Below are positions 27,339 to 39,241 of a stretch of DNA of 64,000 bases, piece by piece. Source of the stretch: a virus; the IMG/VR virus record IMGVR_UViG_3300042731_008016, positions 36,840-100,839 of that record. One strand, 5' to 3'. Both the position numbers and the translations under genes were made by a program. How positions within the stretch are numbered: position 1 is the stretch's first letter; the number at the start of each line of letters is the position of its first letter. A model generated the notes under the pieces. That model saw only the letters and a program-made list of their open reading frames with translations. It was not told the origin of the DNA and did no database searches.

Positions 27339-27367
27339 TTGAAAAAATCCTTAAAAAATGGTATAAT
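27339..27367 (+). promoter_or_regulatory. sigma70-type promoter with extended -10
   Basis: TTGAAA-N17-TATAAT with TG. Confidence 0.7.
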
Positions 27368-27406
27368 ACACCCAGTTTAAGGTTAAGGAAAAGTTAGGAG
27401 GATAGT

Positions 27407-28978
27407 ATGCAAAACATACCAAATTCAGGTCAAAGGACCGTTCGAGCAAATATGAAGGTGAAATCTTTTGTTTCACCTAAAAACCCCAATCAAGAAGAAA
27501 TTGATAAGTTTGATTCAGAAGTTAACGCTTTTCTTTCCTCAATCGACAATAAAAGTAGATTTTTAAATGGACGTAACGCTTACTCTATTGGTGAGCGTAC
27601 TTATGTTTTAGTTTGGTATCTAGAAAGATTGCCAGAAAAAACAGTAACAACTCCTTTTGGCAATAAAGTAAAACCAGTTACACCAGTTCAAGATGAACCA
27701 ACAAATAATCCTACCAAAGAAGCATAAGCTTGATGAGGTTGAGGAGGTTCCTCTACCAACTGTTAAGTGTGATTTCTGTGGGAACCACACGACACAAGGT
27801 TTAAAACAGGAACAATGGATACCTGTAAAACCAGGTGGTGTTAAGATCATGCCAGATGGAAGCAAGAAATTGTTTCCAGCGTCAATGAAAAAAGTAGAAT
27901 ACTTTATGTGTAATGATTGCGTAAAAAAAGGTGCCAAATGGCCGAAGAGACCAAAACGGTGGAAGTAAACAGAGCTCGAGAACTAGATAAATTACTGGCC
28001 AGGCTCAGAAAAAAGAACGATAAGTATTCTGACATCGACCTGGTGTTAAAATATATAGAGGAGTTTATCTCTGATCCCAAAATGGGAGGGCCATCAAAAA
28101 AACTGGAAGAGTTTACGGTAGAAGATGACCCACAACTAGCAGCTAGGACATACCATCTTAGCTGGAAAAGGTTTGCTACAGAAGAATTATGAAAAAAGTA
28201 GATCGTATAAAAGAACTAGAAAAAATAGCCGATAAACTTGGAATTGGTCAGGATAAAGAGGTTGAATGCGTAAGCTGTAAATCAACAATAAATTTAAAAG
28301 ATGCAGTAATTTTAACAAACAAAAAGGAAGTTAAATATTTATGCTCTAAGTGTAATGAAAAATTGGAAAAAGGTGGTTTAGAAAAAACAGATCATGATCT
28401 TTCTGAGATTCTAAAAGAATTAGAAAAACAATCAGAAAAAAATGACCATAAAACTTTTCCACCATCTCCATATACACCCCAAGATTGGGAACCAGTTACA
28501 CTAAAATGGGAACCAAAGTGGATAGGAGATTATACTTCCACTGATAACGCAGTAAATAAACCAAGTTATTCAGTTTTAAGAATGAGTAATTTACTTAAAA
28601 TAGAACCAAACTATGCCGATACAACAAACACAAGCGCCAACTAAAGAATTGCCAGAAGCAGGCAAACAAGGAGAGGAGCAAGCTGAACAAAATAAACCCT
28701 TGCTCAATATTAACTTACCTGCTCCTGCCAGTGGTGATCCTAGAGCACCACTCCCTATTGGACAACATAATGCAGCAGCTCAAAAGAACTTTAAACAGGT
28801 TGCCGATATAATGCAGGCAATAATAAATAATCAAAAAGCTATGAGTGCCGTTATTGTTGAACAAGGCAAGACAATTAAAGAATTGCAAGAAGGAAATAAA
28901 AATCTAGCAGAGAATATAAGAAAATTATTAAAGGAAAATAAACATGAAGACGGACAAACCGAATCCACTGGAGCTTAA
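27407..28978 (+). other. run of five small hypothetical genes (27407, 27693, 27917, 28189, 28613), two with zinc fingers
   Basis: overlapping coupled ORFs; CxxC pairs in 27693 and 28189. Confidence 0.55.
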
Positions 28979-29609
28979 CGAATTACAAAAATTCAAACTT
29001 ACAGCTTTCAGTGAACGACTGAAAAGAAGAGAAATCTGGATTAATGGTCCTATCACCAATAATCTAGTTGAATCTTTATATACCAACCTCATAAAGCTAT
29101 CTGAAGAATCAGCTTATCAACCACTTGCCGTCATAATTAACTCCAAGGGTGGAAATCTATTTGAATCAATTGTGGCCACTGATATTATGGGCACACTAAC
29201 TTGTGATGTAAAAACCATCGCTTTAGCTGATGCTATTTCTGGTGGTTTTATTTTATTTATGGGTGGAAAAGAAAGAATCTGTCATGAACACACTTGTTTA
29301 ATGATGCACGATATTACTACCTTAATGATGAATAAAAACTCAGAAATCGAAAGACAAGTTCAATATATTAAATCGATTAAAAAGAAAATTGCTAATTTTT
29401 TCTCTTATCAAACTAACGGGAAAACCAGCCCAAGTTATTGGATGGAATTATTTGATAGTGGAAAAGATAAATGGTTTTCAGTTGAAGAAGCTATTAGATT
29501 AGGAATTGTTCATAAAATAGTTAAACGCCCAGAATTGATCGATCCAGTAAATAATTTGAGACCATCGTATACTTGGGATATAAAAGATTTTGCAAGGAGT
29601 CAACAATAA
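28944..29609 (+). CDS. ClpP-like serine protease
   Basis: RREIWING; INSKGG; AISGG (Ser); MMHD (His); DKWFSVEEAIRLGIV. Confidence 0.85.
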   Translation: MKTDKPNPLELNELQKFKLTAFSERLKRREIWINGPITNNLVESLYTNLIKLSEESAYQPLAVIINSKGGNLFESIVATDIMGTLTCDVKTIALADAISGGFILFMGGKERICHEHTCLMMHDITTLMMNKNSEIERQVQYIKSIKKKIANFFSYQTNGKTSPSYWMELFDSGKDKWFSVEEAIRLGIVHKIVKRPELIDPVNNLRPSYTWDIKDFARSQQ

Positions 29610-31158
29610 TATGCCAATAGATTTAAACACAGCTAGAAAGCTATCAGAATCAGAAGATCACACTAGAACGCTGGATATGGAACCAGCAGCTAATAATGTT
29701 ATTCCTATTCGTCAAGGTCATTGTCCACAATGCTTATTGCCAATGGGAATTCAAGGTATTCCAGGAAGATCAACTGTTAAAGTATTTACGGCTGAAGGAA
29801 TAGAACTCTGGTGTGAGAATTGCTACAAAGAAGGCGAGGCGAAAGGTACTTGTATTAAATATCGATCATTGAGTAAAAAAGAACGTAAAGCTATTAGAAA
29901 AATGCTTAAAAAAAATAAAAATGAATGACTGTAAACAGATTACAAAAACTAAACGAACTTTGGATGAAAATGACTGCTCCCAAAGAAGGAGACAATATCA
30001 AGTTCAAAGTAAAAGGGAGTAATGAAGTACGCGAGGGCAAAATTACAGCTGCCTTTAAATATGGTAACAAAATACAATATAAAGTTTGGTCAATGGGTCT
30101 TACGGCTCAACCAGATGGGATAATAGAAATAATTGAATGCAATGGTGTCAAGTTTAAAAGAGCTGAAAAAACACCGAAAGGATTTAAACCATTATGAGTC
30201 AAGCAAAAATAACAGTACAAATTCATGAAAGCAACAAAGGTATTCCTCCTACAGCTGGAGATATGAAATTGATTCTTGATGATGGAAGAGAATTATATTT
30301 TTTCGGAGCTCAATTAGTTTTTAAACCAGACAACCTAACTTATGTAAAAGCAGAATTACTTATTGAAAATATAAAAGTTGTAAAGGCACCAAATGAAAAA
30401 AAATAGCATCATCCCAGCTCACACTTGGATAGTCTTAGGATTTGTAATCGGAACGGTTTTTTGGCCATTAATTTTTACTTTCATGGTTAATAAATTACAG
30501 ACTAGAGAAGAGGCTTATTTAAAGAGATTAGAAATTTGTTTACCTTACAGAACTGATAAAGGTGATTACGTTTGGAGACATAAATTTTGCGAAAACGCTG
30601 AAAAAGAATATCTAGAGTTATTTGAAAAAAATTGGAAGGAGCAAGATGAATCTGATAATTAAAGCTTTTACAACACCATATTGTGAAATAACAGCAGTTG
30701 ATTCATTTATCATTGCAACTCTATGTCTTGTGAGTTCAATCATTGGATATTTGCAATTCAGTTTTGGATTTTTAGCAGCATTACTAATTTTTTGGATAGA
30801 GGAATAAAAAACTATGAAAATCTTAAAAATCGTTTTAATAATAACAGGCACATTTTTAATTATTAGTTTACTTGGGTATATCCTAAAACCAAATGAGAAT
30901 ACTATTACTGATAAGGTAGTTTTTGAAACATTTGACGAAATCTATCGTGGATATAAGATGCAAATACTTAAAGAGGAAGAAGAAATAAAAAATGAAAAAA
31001 TGTTTTTATCTTTAGAGGAAGACATGGAAATGATAGATAGAAGGTGGGAAGCAGAGCAAAAAGCAACAAAGGAAATTGCTGAAAAATTTGGGATTAGTGA
31101 AGATGAAGTATTTAAAAAGTGTTTTGATTATACTAGCAGCACTAAGGAGATTGAATAA
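29590..31158 (+). other. run of small hypothetical and membrane-protein genes
   Basis: ORFs 29590, 29925, 30194, 30393, 30622, 30814; TM segments in the last three. Confidence 0.5.
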
Positions 31159-31160
31159 AT

Positions 31161-32342
31161 ATGAAAATACTAATATACGGAGATTATTTTCGTTGGAAAT
31201 CAGGCTATGCTCGAGAGATTCGAGATATCTTGGAACTTCTAAAGGAAGGTGGAAAGAATGAGATTAGGCAAGTAGCCCTGGATTATAATGGCTACCCGAT
31301 CAATAAAGATGAGTATATCTATCACACTAAAACACCAGATGTGAAAGATCGATATGCCCAAGAGGTTTTGCACTTTGCTTTAGATGATTTCAAACCAGAC
31401 ATTGTTTTAACCGTTCAAGACTTTTGGATGTTACCAAAGATTTCGTTTGTTCTAGCCCACCCAGGTCCATGGAAATGGGTTCATTGGGGAACTTTAGATA
31501 GTGATCCACTAGATTTTTATTGTAGAGAATCATTGAAATGGATGCACTATTGTTTCTTCCAATCTCATCACGCTGCAATTGAAGTTAAAAGTAAGGTTCC
31601 CTCATTAATGGGTGAAGTTATTTATCCATCAGTTGATCTAAAAATATTTAACCAATTGGATAAAGAAAAACTAAAGAAGGAATTCAAGCTAGAAGGCTTT
31701 AATGTTCTGATTTGCAATTCACGTGGACAACAACGAAAGAATGTTCCTGTCTTATTAGATGCCTTTAAAGAAGTAGTTAACGAAATCCCAAATACAGCAT
31801 TAATTCTTTCATCAGGAATTTTGAGAGCAAAAACTGACGATGATAAACTCGATGGATATGATATCAGTAGATTCGTCGAAGAGTTAGATTTAACAGGGCA
31901 TGTTTTAATGCCTAGGACAATGCAGGGTGGTCCAATTGATGATAAAACCCTCAACATACAGTACAACCTTGCCGACTTAAATATCCTTGCCTCTTGGGGT
32001 GAGGGATTTGGACTGCCGTTTATTGAGGCGGGCATCTCTGGTGTTCCCTCTATTGGCGTAGACCACTCGGCGGTCCACGAGGTTGTCAAGAATCGTGGAT
32101 TATTAGTTGAACCAAAAGCCTATGCTTATAACACTGATGGTTCTAAATATCACCTTTGTCATCCAAAAGATTTGAAAGAAGCAATAGTTAAATTACTCAA
32201 AGATGACAAATTGAGAAAACAGTATGGTGATGAAGCTCAAAAGTTTGCTAAAGAGCTTACTCCAAAAAGCAGAGCTGAACAAATGTTGAAAGCATTTAAA
32301 AAATTAATTAAAGATAATGCTCAACCAGCAGCTAGAAGATAA
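31161..32342 (+). CDS. GT-B (GT4) glycosyltransferase
   Basis: RKNV; EGFGLPFIEAGISGVP. Confidence 0.9.
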   Translation: MKILIYGDYFRWKSGYAREIRDILELLKEGGKNEIRQVALDYNGYPINKDEYIYHTKTPDVKDRYAQEVLHFALDDFKPDIVLTVQDFWMLPKISFVLAHPGPWKWVHWGTLDSDPLDFYCRESLKWMHYCFFQSHHAAIEVKSKVPSLMGEVIYPSVDLKIFNQLDKEKLKKEFKLEGFNVLICNSRGQQRKNVPVLLDAFKEVVNEIPNTALILSSGILRAKTDDDKLDGYDISRFVEELDLTGHVLMPRTMQGGPIDDKTLNIQYNLADLNILASWGEGFGLPFIEAGISGVPSIGVDHSAVHEVVKNRGLLVEPKAYAYNTDGSKYHLCHPKDLKEAIVKLLKDDKLRKQYGDEAQKFAKELTPKSRAEQMLKAFKKLIKDNAQPAARR

Positions 32343-32685
32343 TATGGAAAAAACTGAAAAAGAAAAACTAATTTATATAAAAGGTTACTATAAGGGATTT
32401 ATGGCAGCACAAATGTTAATGTGGCATTTAGCAGAACAATTATTGATTGAAGTTGATAATAATTCAAAAGATGCTGTTAGAAAATTAATAGAAAAAGTTA
32501 GACAATGAAAAAGAAAACCATACCAGTAACTAAAGATTTTAGAACAGATCTAGATGGACGAATTGGTTTTATGACTTTTAAAGAAGGAGTAACTATTAAT
32601 CAAGACTATTGCTTTGAACCAGGATTTGAAATAGATAAAAACGGGAAGCTAATTTTAAAAGAAATAAGTTTAGTAAGGAAAAACT

Positions 32686-33432
32686 ATGAACTACGAAAAA
32701 AATGACATGAACTATTGGTTCCCTAAGTTAGTTGAAACTGGGGTACCAACACCAAAAACAATAATGGTCGACATGAATAAGGTTGACACAAATTTTGTCG
32801 GCGCTATGAGAAAAGTGTTTTGGATGGAAGAACCAGATGAGGCGCAAGTAAAATCATTGATTAAATTTAGACAAATACTAGAAGAAATGGGTCATAGAAT
32901 CGGATATCCGTTCTTCCTAAGAACAGGTCAGACCAGCTATAAGCACGAATGGTTTGGAAGCTGTTTTGTTCAAAATCAGGCAATTTTGATGAAGCACGCT
33001 CAAACTATAGCGGAACATAGTATCATGGCTGATTACAAAGAAGGGCTCCCTATTAATGTCTGGGCAGCTAGAAAAATAATAGATACAGCCCCAGCGTTTG
33101 AAGCCTTTGCAGGACAACTTCCAATCACTAAAGAGATGAGATATTTCTTTAAAGATCACGAGATAGTCTGTAGTCACCCATACTGGCCAGAAGTAGCCTT
33201 AGATGGACACGTACACAATGATCCAGACTGGAAATTAAAGTTGGTTGCAATGAACAAGCTTTCAAAGGAAGATAAAGAAACCCTTAAAAAATTTACAGAA
33301 TTGGTAGCTTTAAAATTTGATGGCTATTGGTCTGTAGATTGGTTAAAAGGTAAAGATGGCAATTGGTATGCTATCGATATGGCAACTAGGGATGATTCTT
33401 ATCACTTTCCAGGATGTAAGAATGGAGAATAA
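32686..33432 (+). CDS. ATP-grasp-like protein (R2K-type)
   Basis: GYPFFLRT...KH; EMRYF; WSVDW....WYAIDM. Confidence 0.55.
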   Translation: MNYEKNDMNYWFPKLVETGVPTPKTIMVDMNKVDTNFVGAMRKVFWMEEPDEAQVKSLIKFRQILEEMGHRIGYPFFLRTGQTSYKHEWFGSCFVQNQAILMKHAQTIAEHSIMADYKEGLPINVWAARKIIDTAPAFEAFAGQLPITKEMRYFFKDHEIVCSHPYWPEVALDGHVHNDPDWKLKLVAMNKLSKEDKETLKKFTELVALKFDGYWSVDWLKGKDGNWYAIDMATRDDSYHFPGCKNGE

Positions 33433-33434
33433 AA

Positions 33435-34199
33435 ATGAAAAAAAAAGATTTAATTAGCATAATCGTACCAACTTTTAATGGCCTAACTTATCTAAAACAA
33501 ATGATGGATTCAGTTCAAAAGAATACTAAATGGCCATTTGAACTTATTATTATTGATAATGCTTCAAATGATGGAACTCAAGATTTCATTTTAAATTCAG
33601 ATTACACCATGGATGGACAATACCTTAGGAATGAGGAAAATATGGGTTTTGCCATTGCCAACAATCAGGGAGCTGAAGTTGCTAAAGGAGATTTTATTTG
33701 TTTCCTAAATAACGACACAATTGTTACTAAGGGTTGGCTTACTGCTATGATGAATGTTTTTAGCGAAGAAAAAGCAGTTGGTATGGTAGGTGCTAGGTTG
33801 GTTCATCCAGGACAGGGAACAATTCAACATGCTGGTGTAGTTAGATTAAGTAGCGGAGTTCCAGATCACATCAATTTTAAAAAACACATGAATCATCCAG
33901 ATGTAATGGAAAGGAAACAGTATTTTGCTGTCACTGCAGCTTGCGCAGTAATGCCAAAACAACTTTTTAATGAAATGGGTGGTTTTGATGAAAGATACTG
34001 GTGTGGCTGGGAAGATATGGATTTATGTCAAAAGGTAAGACGAGCTGGTTATCAGATTATCTATGAACCAACATCCTTGGTATATCACTATGAATCTCGT
34101 ACAGAGGGAAGATATGCAAAAGAGGATAGTAATTTCGCCTTATACATGGGGCGTTGGGAGTTAAATAAAAATGAGCAAAATAGAAGAGCAACAACATAA
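33435..34199 (+). CDS. GT2 glycosyltransferase
   Basis: SIIVPTFN, IDNASNDGT, FLNND, EDMDLC. Confidence 0.92.
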   Translation: MKKKDLISIIVPTFNGLTYLKQMMDSVQKNTKWPFELIIIDNASNDGTQDFILNSDYTMDGQYLRNEENMGFAIANNQGAEVAKGDFICFLNNDTIVTKGWLTAMMNVFSEEKAVGMVGARLVHPGQGTIQHAGVVRLSSGVPDHINFKKHMNHPDVMERKQYFAVTAACAVMPKQLFNEMGGFDERYWCGWEDMDLCQKVRRAGYQIIYEPTSLVYHYESRTEGRYAKEDSNFALYMGRWELNKNEQNRRATT

Positions 34200-34867
34200 T
34201 TCTATAAAAGGAATTAAAACAGCAATATTAATTTATGAAGACCCAATTCACGGGCCAAGAAGAGTATTGTTTGGAGAACCAACGGCATTGTTAGATTTAT
34301 TTTGGGTAAACTCAAATATAATCTACAGAAGAATTATGAATCTTAGAAAAATAGAAGAGGGAATCGAAAACCCAGAAGATATGGAAAAAGCTATAGATGA
34401 CACAAGAGAATGGTTCTCTAAAAAACACGGTAAGGCTGCTGCTGAAGACATGGAAATGTTATTGAGTTATGCAATAATAAGGAATAAATAATATGGACAT
34501 GAAAATAAGAACACCAGCTCAGATATTTATTAATGGCAGATTTTACTGCATTGCTAATGAGGTAGAAATTAAACATAACGATCCACGTTTCAAAAAAAGT
34601 CTAATTCCTGATAATATAAAACTAGACCCAGGTCAGTTTACTGGAATAGTCATTAATATAAAAAAGCCACCTACAACAGCTAAAGAGCGTAAGGAGGTGA
34701 AAAAATCTCTCAAGGTCGAGCCTTACGATGAGTTTTTCAAACGCATGGTGGATGTAAAAGACGATCCAGAGGCTCACGTACCAGTCGATCTTGATAATGT
34801 ATAATTATGAAAGACACTACTGATTTTTTTGGTAAAGTCTTAAAAGTTATAGGAAAAGGAGCCGATT

Positions 34868-35446
34868 ATGGCAGAAGAAAAAAAGAAAACAATCGTAAAA
34901 CTAGACGATCAAAAAAAAGAAGCACCGAAAAAAAAGGAGACAAAGATAGAGCAACCAGCTCCTAAAAAGGTAACTCTTAAAGAAAAAATTGATAGGACTG
35001 TTGATGATTGGAAAGATAATCCAGAAGCTTTAAAGAAACAATTATTCGGTTTATTTCAAAGAGTTTTATATCCAGATCAATTTTGTCCAGAATGTGATAA
35101 TAGACTATTCTTCAATGGTCAAGCCTATAGTTGCCCAAATTGCGGTTACAGTAGAGCTTTCAATACCCCAGCCCCAGTAGCAAATTCAACTCCAACAGTA
35201 GCTCCAACAGGAGAAGTAAGACCATCTGCGACAGGAAATGTCCCCAAAGAAGTAGAAGACATGATTAGCAAAGCAAATCAAGATATGAAGGCTGCTCCTA
35301 GACGTGGGGGGCCAACAAAACTTGGTGCCAAAATACAAAAATTAGTCAATGAAAGAGATTCTAGTGGACCTCAACAAATAACTTCTCAAGATGAAGCAGC
35401 GGTTAAACGAGACCCCAATGCCTCTAGTCAGATAAACTGGGTATAA
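34868..35446 (+). CDS. zinc-ribbon protein
   Basis: CPECD...CPNCG. Confidence 0.5.
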   Translation: MAEEKKKTIVKLDDQKKEAPKKKETKIEQPAPKKVTLKEKIDRTVDDWKDNPEALKKQLFGLFQRVLYPDQFCPECDNRLFFNGQAYSCPNCGYSRAFNTPAPVANSTPTVAPTGEVRPSATGNVPKEVEDMISKANQDMKAAPRRGGPTKLGAKIQKLVNERDSSGPQQITSQDEAAVKRDPNASSQINWV

Positions 35447-35451
35447 AAATT

Positions 35452-37767
35452 ATGGATATATTTTTCAAAAAAATTAATGCTGGAATATTAAACGATCACT
35501 TCGATCAACTCGGAGGCGGAACTGTTCACTCATTCAAATTTATCGAATACCTTAAAGAATTTTACAATTGTGATGTCTATCTTCCAAAAGAACCAAAAAG
35601 TAAATCGTGGATGCAACAAATGCTCAATATCGATACTAAGAATGTCAATTTTTATAAATACACTAAAGGTATTGGAGAAAAATATAAATATTTGTTTTTA
35701 AATATTTCTCATTGGAAAGCAGAAGAAACAGAGGCACTTAAAAAATTTATGCTTGTTTTCTTTCCACAATTTTTCTTTCCAACTTTTGATTATAAATTTT
35801 TAGCAAACTCGAAATACACAAAAGACAACATTATTAAGAGATGGCATAAACCAATTAAAGACATATTGATTGTGTACCCGCCCATAATGACTAATGAGTT
35901 TAAACCAGGTAAAAAAGAAAATATTATTCTTCATGTAAGTAGACTATCAAGCCCAAAACCAGAAGCAGATAAAGGTCACGCTCAAATGATTGAAACCTTT
36001 AAAGAAATGTATGATGCTGGAATTACTAAAAATTGGGAGTTTCATTTAGTTGGGCAAGTTCAAGATCCACAATATGTAGCACAATTGAAAATTCAGACCA
36101 AAGGATATCCAATTATATTTAACGAGGGAATTCCATTTTCTAGATTAAAGCAACTCTATGCTAAAGCAAAGATTTATTGGCACATGACAGGAATCACAAT
36201 GCCTCATGAGCCAGGAGCCCAAGAACATTTCGGAATGACAACTGTAGAAGCAATGGCAAGTGGATGTGTCCCTGTAGTATTAGCAACTGGAGGCCAACCA
36301 GAAATAGTAGATGATGGTAAAAACGGCTTTTTAGTTGAAGATACTATATCTTTACAACGGAAAACAAAGTTCTTAATTGAAGATGACAGTCATAGAGCCA
36401 GCATGTCTAAAAATTCTGTTAAAAAAGCAGCTATTTTTGATGAAAAAGAAATTAGAAAGAAATTCTGGTCAATTATTGCTGGTACAGATAAAGTTTCAAT
36501 TATTATTATTAATTGGAATAATGCAAATTACACGAGAGAATGTGTTGAAAAACTTTATGAAGTAACACCTCCAGGATTTGAATTAATCATTGTCGATAAT
36601 GCTTCTGAAGATAATTCCAAAACAGTTCTAACTCAACTAAAAAAAGACTATCCAGATATTAAGCTTAAATTCTCCAAAACAAATCGTGGGTTTGCTGGAG
36701 GTAATAATTATGCTCTTAAAGATGCTACCAGAAAATATATTTGTTACTTGAATAATGATACTCTTCCTCAATATGGGTGGCTTGAAAGAATGGTTGATGT
36801 TTTAGAAAACAATCCTAAGGCTGGTATAGTTGGAGCAAGACTTTATTTCCCAAAGAAAACAGATCAATCATGGGAAGTCCAACATGCTGGAATTTCATTT
36901 AATGCAGATTATGAACCGAAACATATCGGAAGATTTAGGCAGGATCATCAAATTAATAAAATTGGCATAGAAGAGGTTGAGGCGGTAACTGGAGCTTGTA
37001 TGTTAGTTAGAAAAAAACTAGCCAAATTTAATGAAAACTATGAGCGTGGTTATTATGAAGATATCGAATTATGCCTTGAAGCCAGGGAAGATGATTATAA
37101 AGTTTACATTAATCATGAAGCAAAATTAATTCATTATGAAGGTGCTTCTCAAAATATAGCCAAGAAAAAAGATAGCCAAAAATTTAAAGATATTACGATT
37201 AAAAACAAAGAATTGTTTCACAATAAGTGGGATAAAAAAATGAAAAAGATGTCAAAAATTTCTAAGCAGCTTGATACTGCAGGGATTCATCATGTCCAAA
37301 ATTTAGAAATTGGTGGTGGAGAAAATCCGCTTCATCCAAAATATCATCAGCTAGATATAAGACAAGTTGGTAAAGTCAAGTTTATCAACGATGCTAGATT
37401 ATTACCATTTTCATCAAACTCAATTAAGAGTATTTGTGCTTGCTATATTTTACAATGCTTTATTGAAAGCGAAGCACTAATGGCTTTAAAAGAATGGTTT
37501 AGATGTTTAAGCCCAGAAGGAAGACTTGAAATTCATGTTCCAGATTTAGATAAAGTTATGCGTATGTTTGTCAGCACTAATGAAGAAGAATATCTAAAAG
37601 AAATTTATGGTGCTCAAGAACATGTGAATGATTACTATCATCACGGCTGGGTATTTCCAACACTAGATAGATTATTAACTAAAGCTGGCTTCGTAAGAGT
37701 CACTAAAATTAAATCGCCTGCCCATAGACCAAATTCTTTGTCTATTGAGGCGTTCAAACCATTATGA
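35452..37767 (+). CDS. GT4-GT2-methyltransferase fusion protein
   Basis: EHFGMTTVEAMASG; VDNASED, YLNND, EDIELC; LEIGGG...LPFSSNS...VPD. Confidence 0.88.
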   Translation: MDIFFKKINAGILNDHFDQLGGGTVHSFKFIEYLKEFYNCDVYLPKEPKSKSWMQQMLNIDTKNVNFYKYTKGIGEKYKYLFLNISHWKAEETEALKKFMLVFFPQFFFPTFDYKFLANSKYTKDNIIKRWHKPIKDILIVYPPIMTNEFKPGKKENIILHVSRLSSPKPEADKGHAQMIETFKEMYDAGITKNWEFHLVGQVQDPQYVAQLKIQTKGYPIIFNEGIPFSRLKQLYAKAKIYWHMTGITMPHEPGAQEHFGMTTVEAMASGCVPVVLATGGQPEIVDDGKNGFLVEDTISLQRKTKFLIEDDSHRASMSKNSVKKAAIFDEKEIRKKFWSIIAGTDKVSIIIINWNNANYTRECVEKLYEVTPPGFELIIVDNASEDNSKTVLTQLKKDYPDIKLKFSKTNRGFAGGNNYALKDATRKYICYLNNDTLPQYGWLERMVDVLENNPKAGIVGARLYFPKKTDQSWEVQHAGISFNADYEPKHIGRFRQDHQINKIGIEEVEAVTGACMLVRKKLAKFNENYERGYYEDIELCLEAREDDYKVYINHEAKLIHYEGASQNIAKKKDSQKFKDITIKNKELFHNKWDKKMKKMSKISKQLDTAGIHHVQNLEIGGGENPLHPKYHQLDIRQVGKVKFINDARLLPFSSNSIKSICACYILQCFIESEALMALKEWFRCLSPEGRLEIHVPDLDKVMRMFVSTNEEEYLKEIYGAQEHVNDYYHHGWVFPTLDRLLTKAGFVRVTKIKSPAHRPNSLSIEAFKPL

Positions 37768-38372
37768 CAGCAGGACTAGAAAGAATCTCATTATCAAAAC
37801 AACTCCATCATCCGATGGTAGTAATTAGAGAGCATCTATTGCGCTATACATTAGCGCTTCAAGACGTTTACGATAAAGATGTTTTAGATGTAGCTTGTGG
37901 GACTGGCTATGGAATGTACTTAATGTCTTTTTGGGCAAAAACAATAACTGGTTATGATTATGATGAAAACACAGTTAAAGGAGTCAAAAGAGATTTCCAA
38001 ATGAAATGCCCAGCTTACATTGAAGTTATGGATTTTGAAAAAGAGAGAAATTTCAGAACTCCATTAATAGAAAAATTCGATGTAATTACTTCATTTGAAA
38101 CAATAGAACATTTGGCTAATCCAATACAAATGATTGAGTCTATCAAAAAACATCTGAGACCAGGTGGTGTATTCTTATTTAGCACTCCAAATAAACCAGA
38201 TCTTAAAGATGGCAGCCAGTTTCATAAAAGCGCTTTTAACTTTGGTACTTGGAGAACAATTATTGAAGAACAATTTCCTAAAGCTAAGAGCGTTCAATTA
38301 TGGGGTCAAGATCAATATGGTTTAACTAATGATGAGGGAAAGCCATATTTAGTTGGGAGGATAAAAACATGA
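37764..38372 (+). CDS. SAM-dependent methyltransferase
   Basis: VLDVACGTGYG; SFETIEHL; STPN. Confidence 0.9.
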   Translation: MTAGLERISLSKQLHHPMVVIREHLLRYTLALQDVYDKDVLDVACGTGYGMYLMSFWAKTITGYDYDENTVKGVKRDFQMKCPAYIEVMDFEKERNFRTPLIEKFDVITSFETIEHLANPIQMIESIKKHLRPGGVFLFSTPNKPDLKDGSQFHKSAFNFGTWRTIIEEQFPKAKSVQLWGQDQYGLTNDEGKPYLVGRIKT

Positions 38373-39241
38373 AATTAGGAATAGCCATAGTAGCTTGGCG
38401 TAGAGCTAAATATTTAAAACAACTAATTGAGTCTTTAGAAAAGAATAACCTTGATGATGTTGATTTTCATTTATTCGTAGATGGTCATTTGTGTAAATTT
38501 TCTCAAAGAAAAGTTTGTGAAATTACAGATGTCGAAAAAACTATTGAGGTATTTGAAAAATCAAATTTACCAAATAAAAACGTCCATAGACAAGAATATA
38601 ATGTTGGTCCAGCAATCAATCAGTATGAAACTATGGAATTAATGTCTAAAAATTATGATAGATTTTTATTTTTAGAAAATGACATTATTGTAAGTAAAAA
38701 TTTTATTGCAATGATGAGAAAAGCTCTTGAAGAGTTTAAAGATAATGAACAGATTGGATGTATTTCTCCTGGATTTAGACTCAAGTGTTATCCAGAAGAA
38801 ATCGAGATGTATAAAGATAAATTAATGTTCTCTGATGGCCATTTTTGGGCTGAAGCTTTTTGGTCTAAAAAATGGGAACTAATCAAAATAGAGTACATGC
38901 CTTATTACGAATATGTAAGAAATGTACCCTACATGCAGCGAGACATGAACGCTATAGATCGATTATTTAGAAGCACTGGAATTCCTCGATATGCCACTTC
39001 TCAAGATAATGGTAAAGATTGGGCTATATTGAGAGCTGGTTTAAGAAGAGCTAGATTTGTTGTCAATAGAGCTACTGGTATTGGTGACTACGGAATCCAC
39101 AGCACACCAAAAAAGTTAAAAGAAACAGGAGATGGTCATCAAGAAATTTTTAACTTTGATGATGAATTAGGTTTTGAATTAGGTCTTACAAGTCTAAAGC
39201 TCAAGTCTCAATTAAAACCAAAAATAGGAGGTCAAAAATGA
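38369..39241 (+). CDS. GT-A fold glycosyltransferase
   Basis: FVDG; FLEND; paralog of ORF 47946. Confidence 0.7.
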   Translation: MKLGIAIVAWRRAKYLKQLIESLEKNNLDDVDFHLFVDGHLCKFSQRKVCEITDVEKTIEVFEKSNLPNKNVHRQEYNVGPAINQYETMELMSKNYDRFLFLENDIIVSKNFIAMMRKALEEFKDNEQIGCISPGFRLKCYPEEIEMYKDKLMFSDGHFWAEAFWSKKWELIKIEYMPYYEYVRNVPYMQRDMNAIDRLFRSTGIPRYATSQDNGKDWAILRAGLRRARFVVNRATGIGDYGIHSTPKKLKETGDGHQEIFNFDDELGFELGLTSLKLKSQLKPKIGGQK

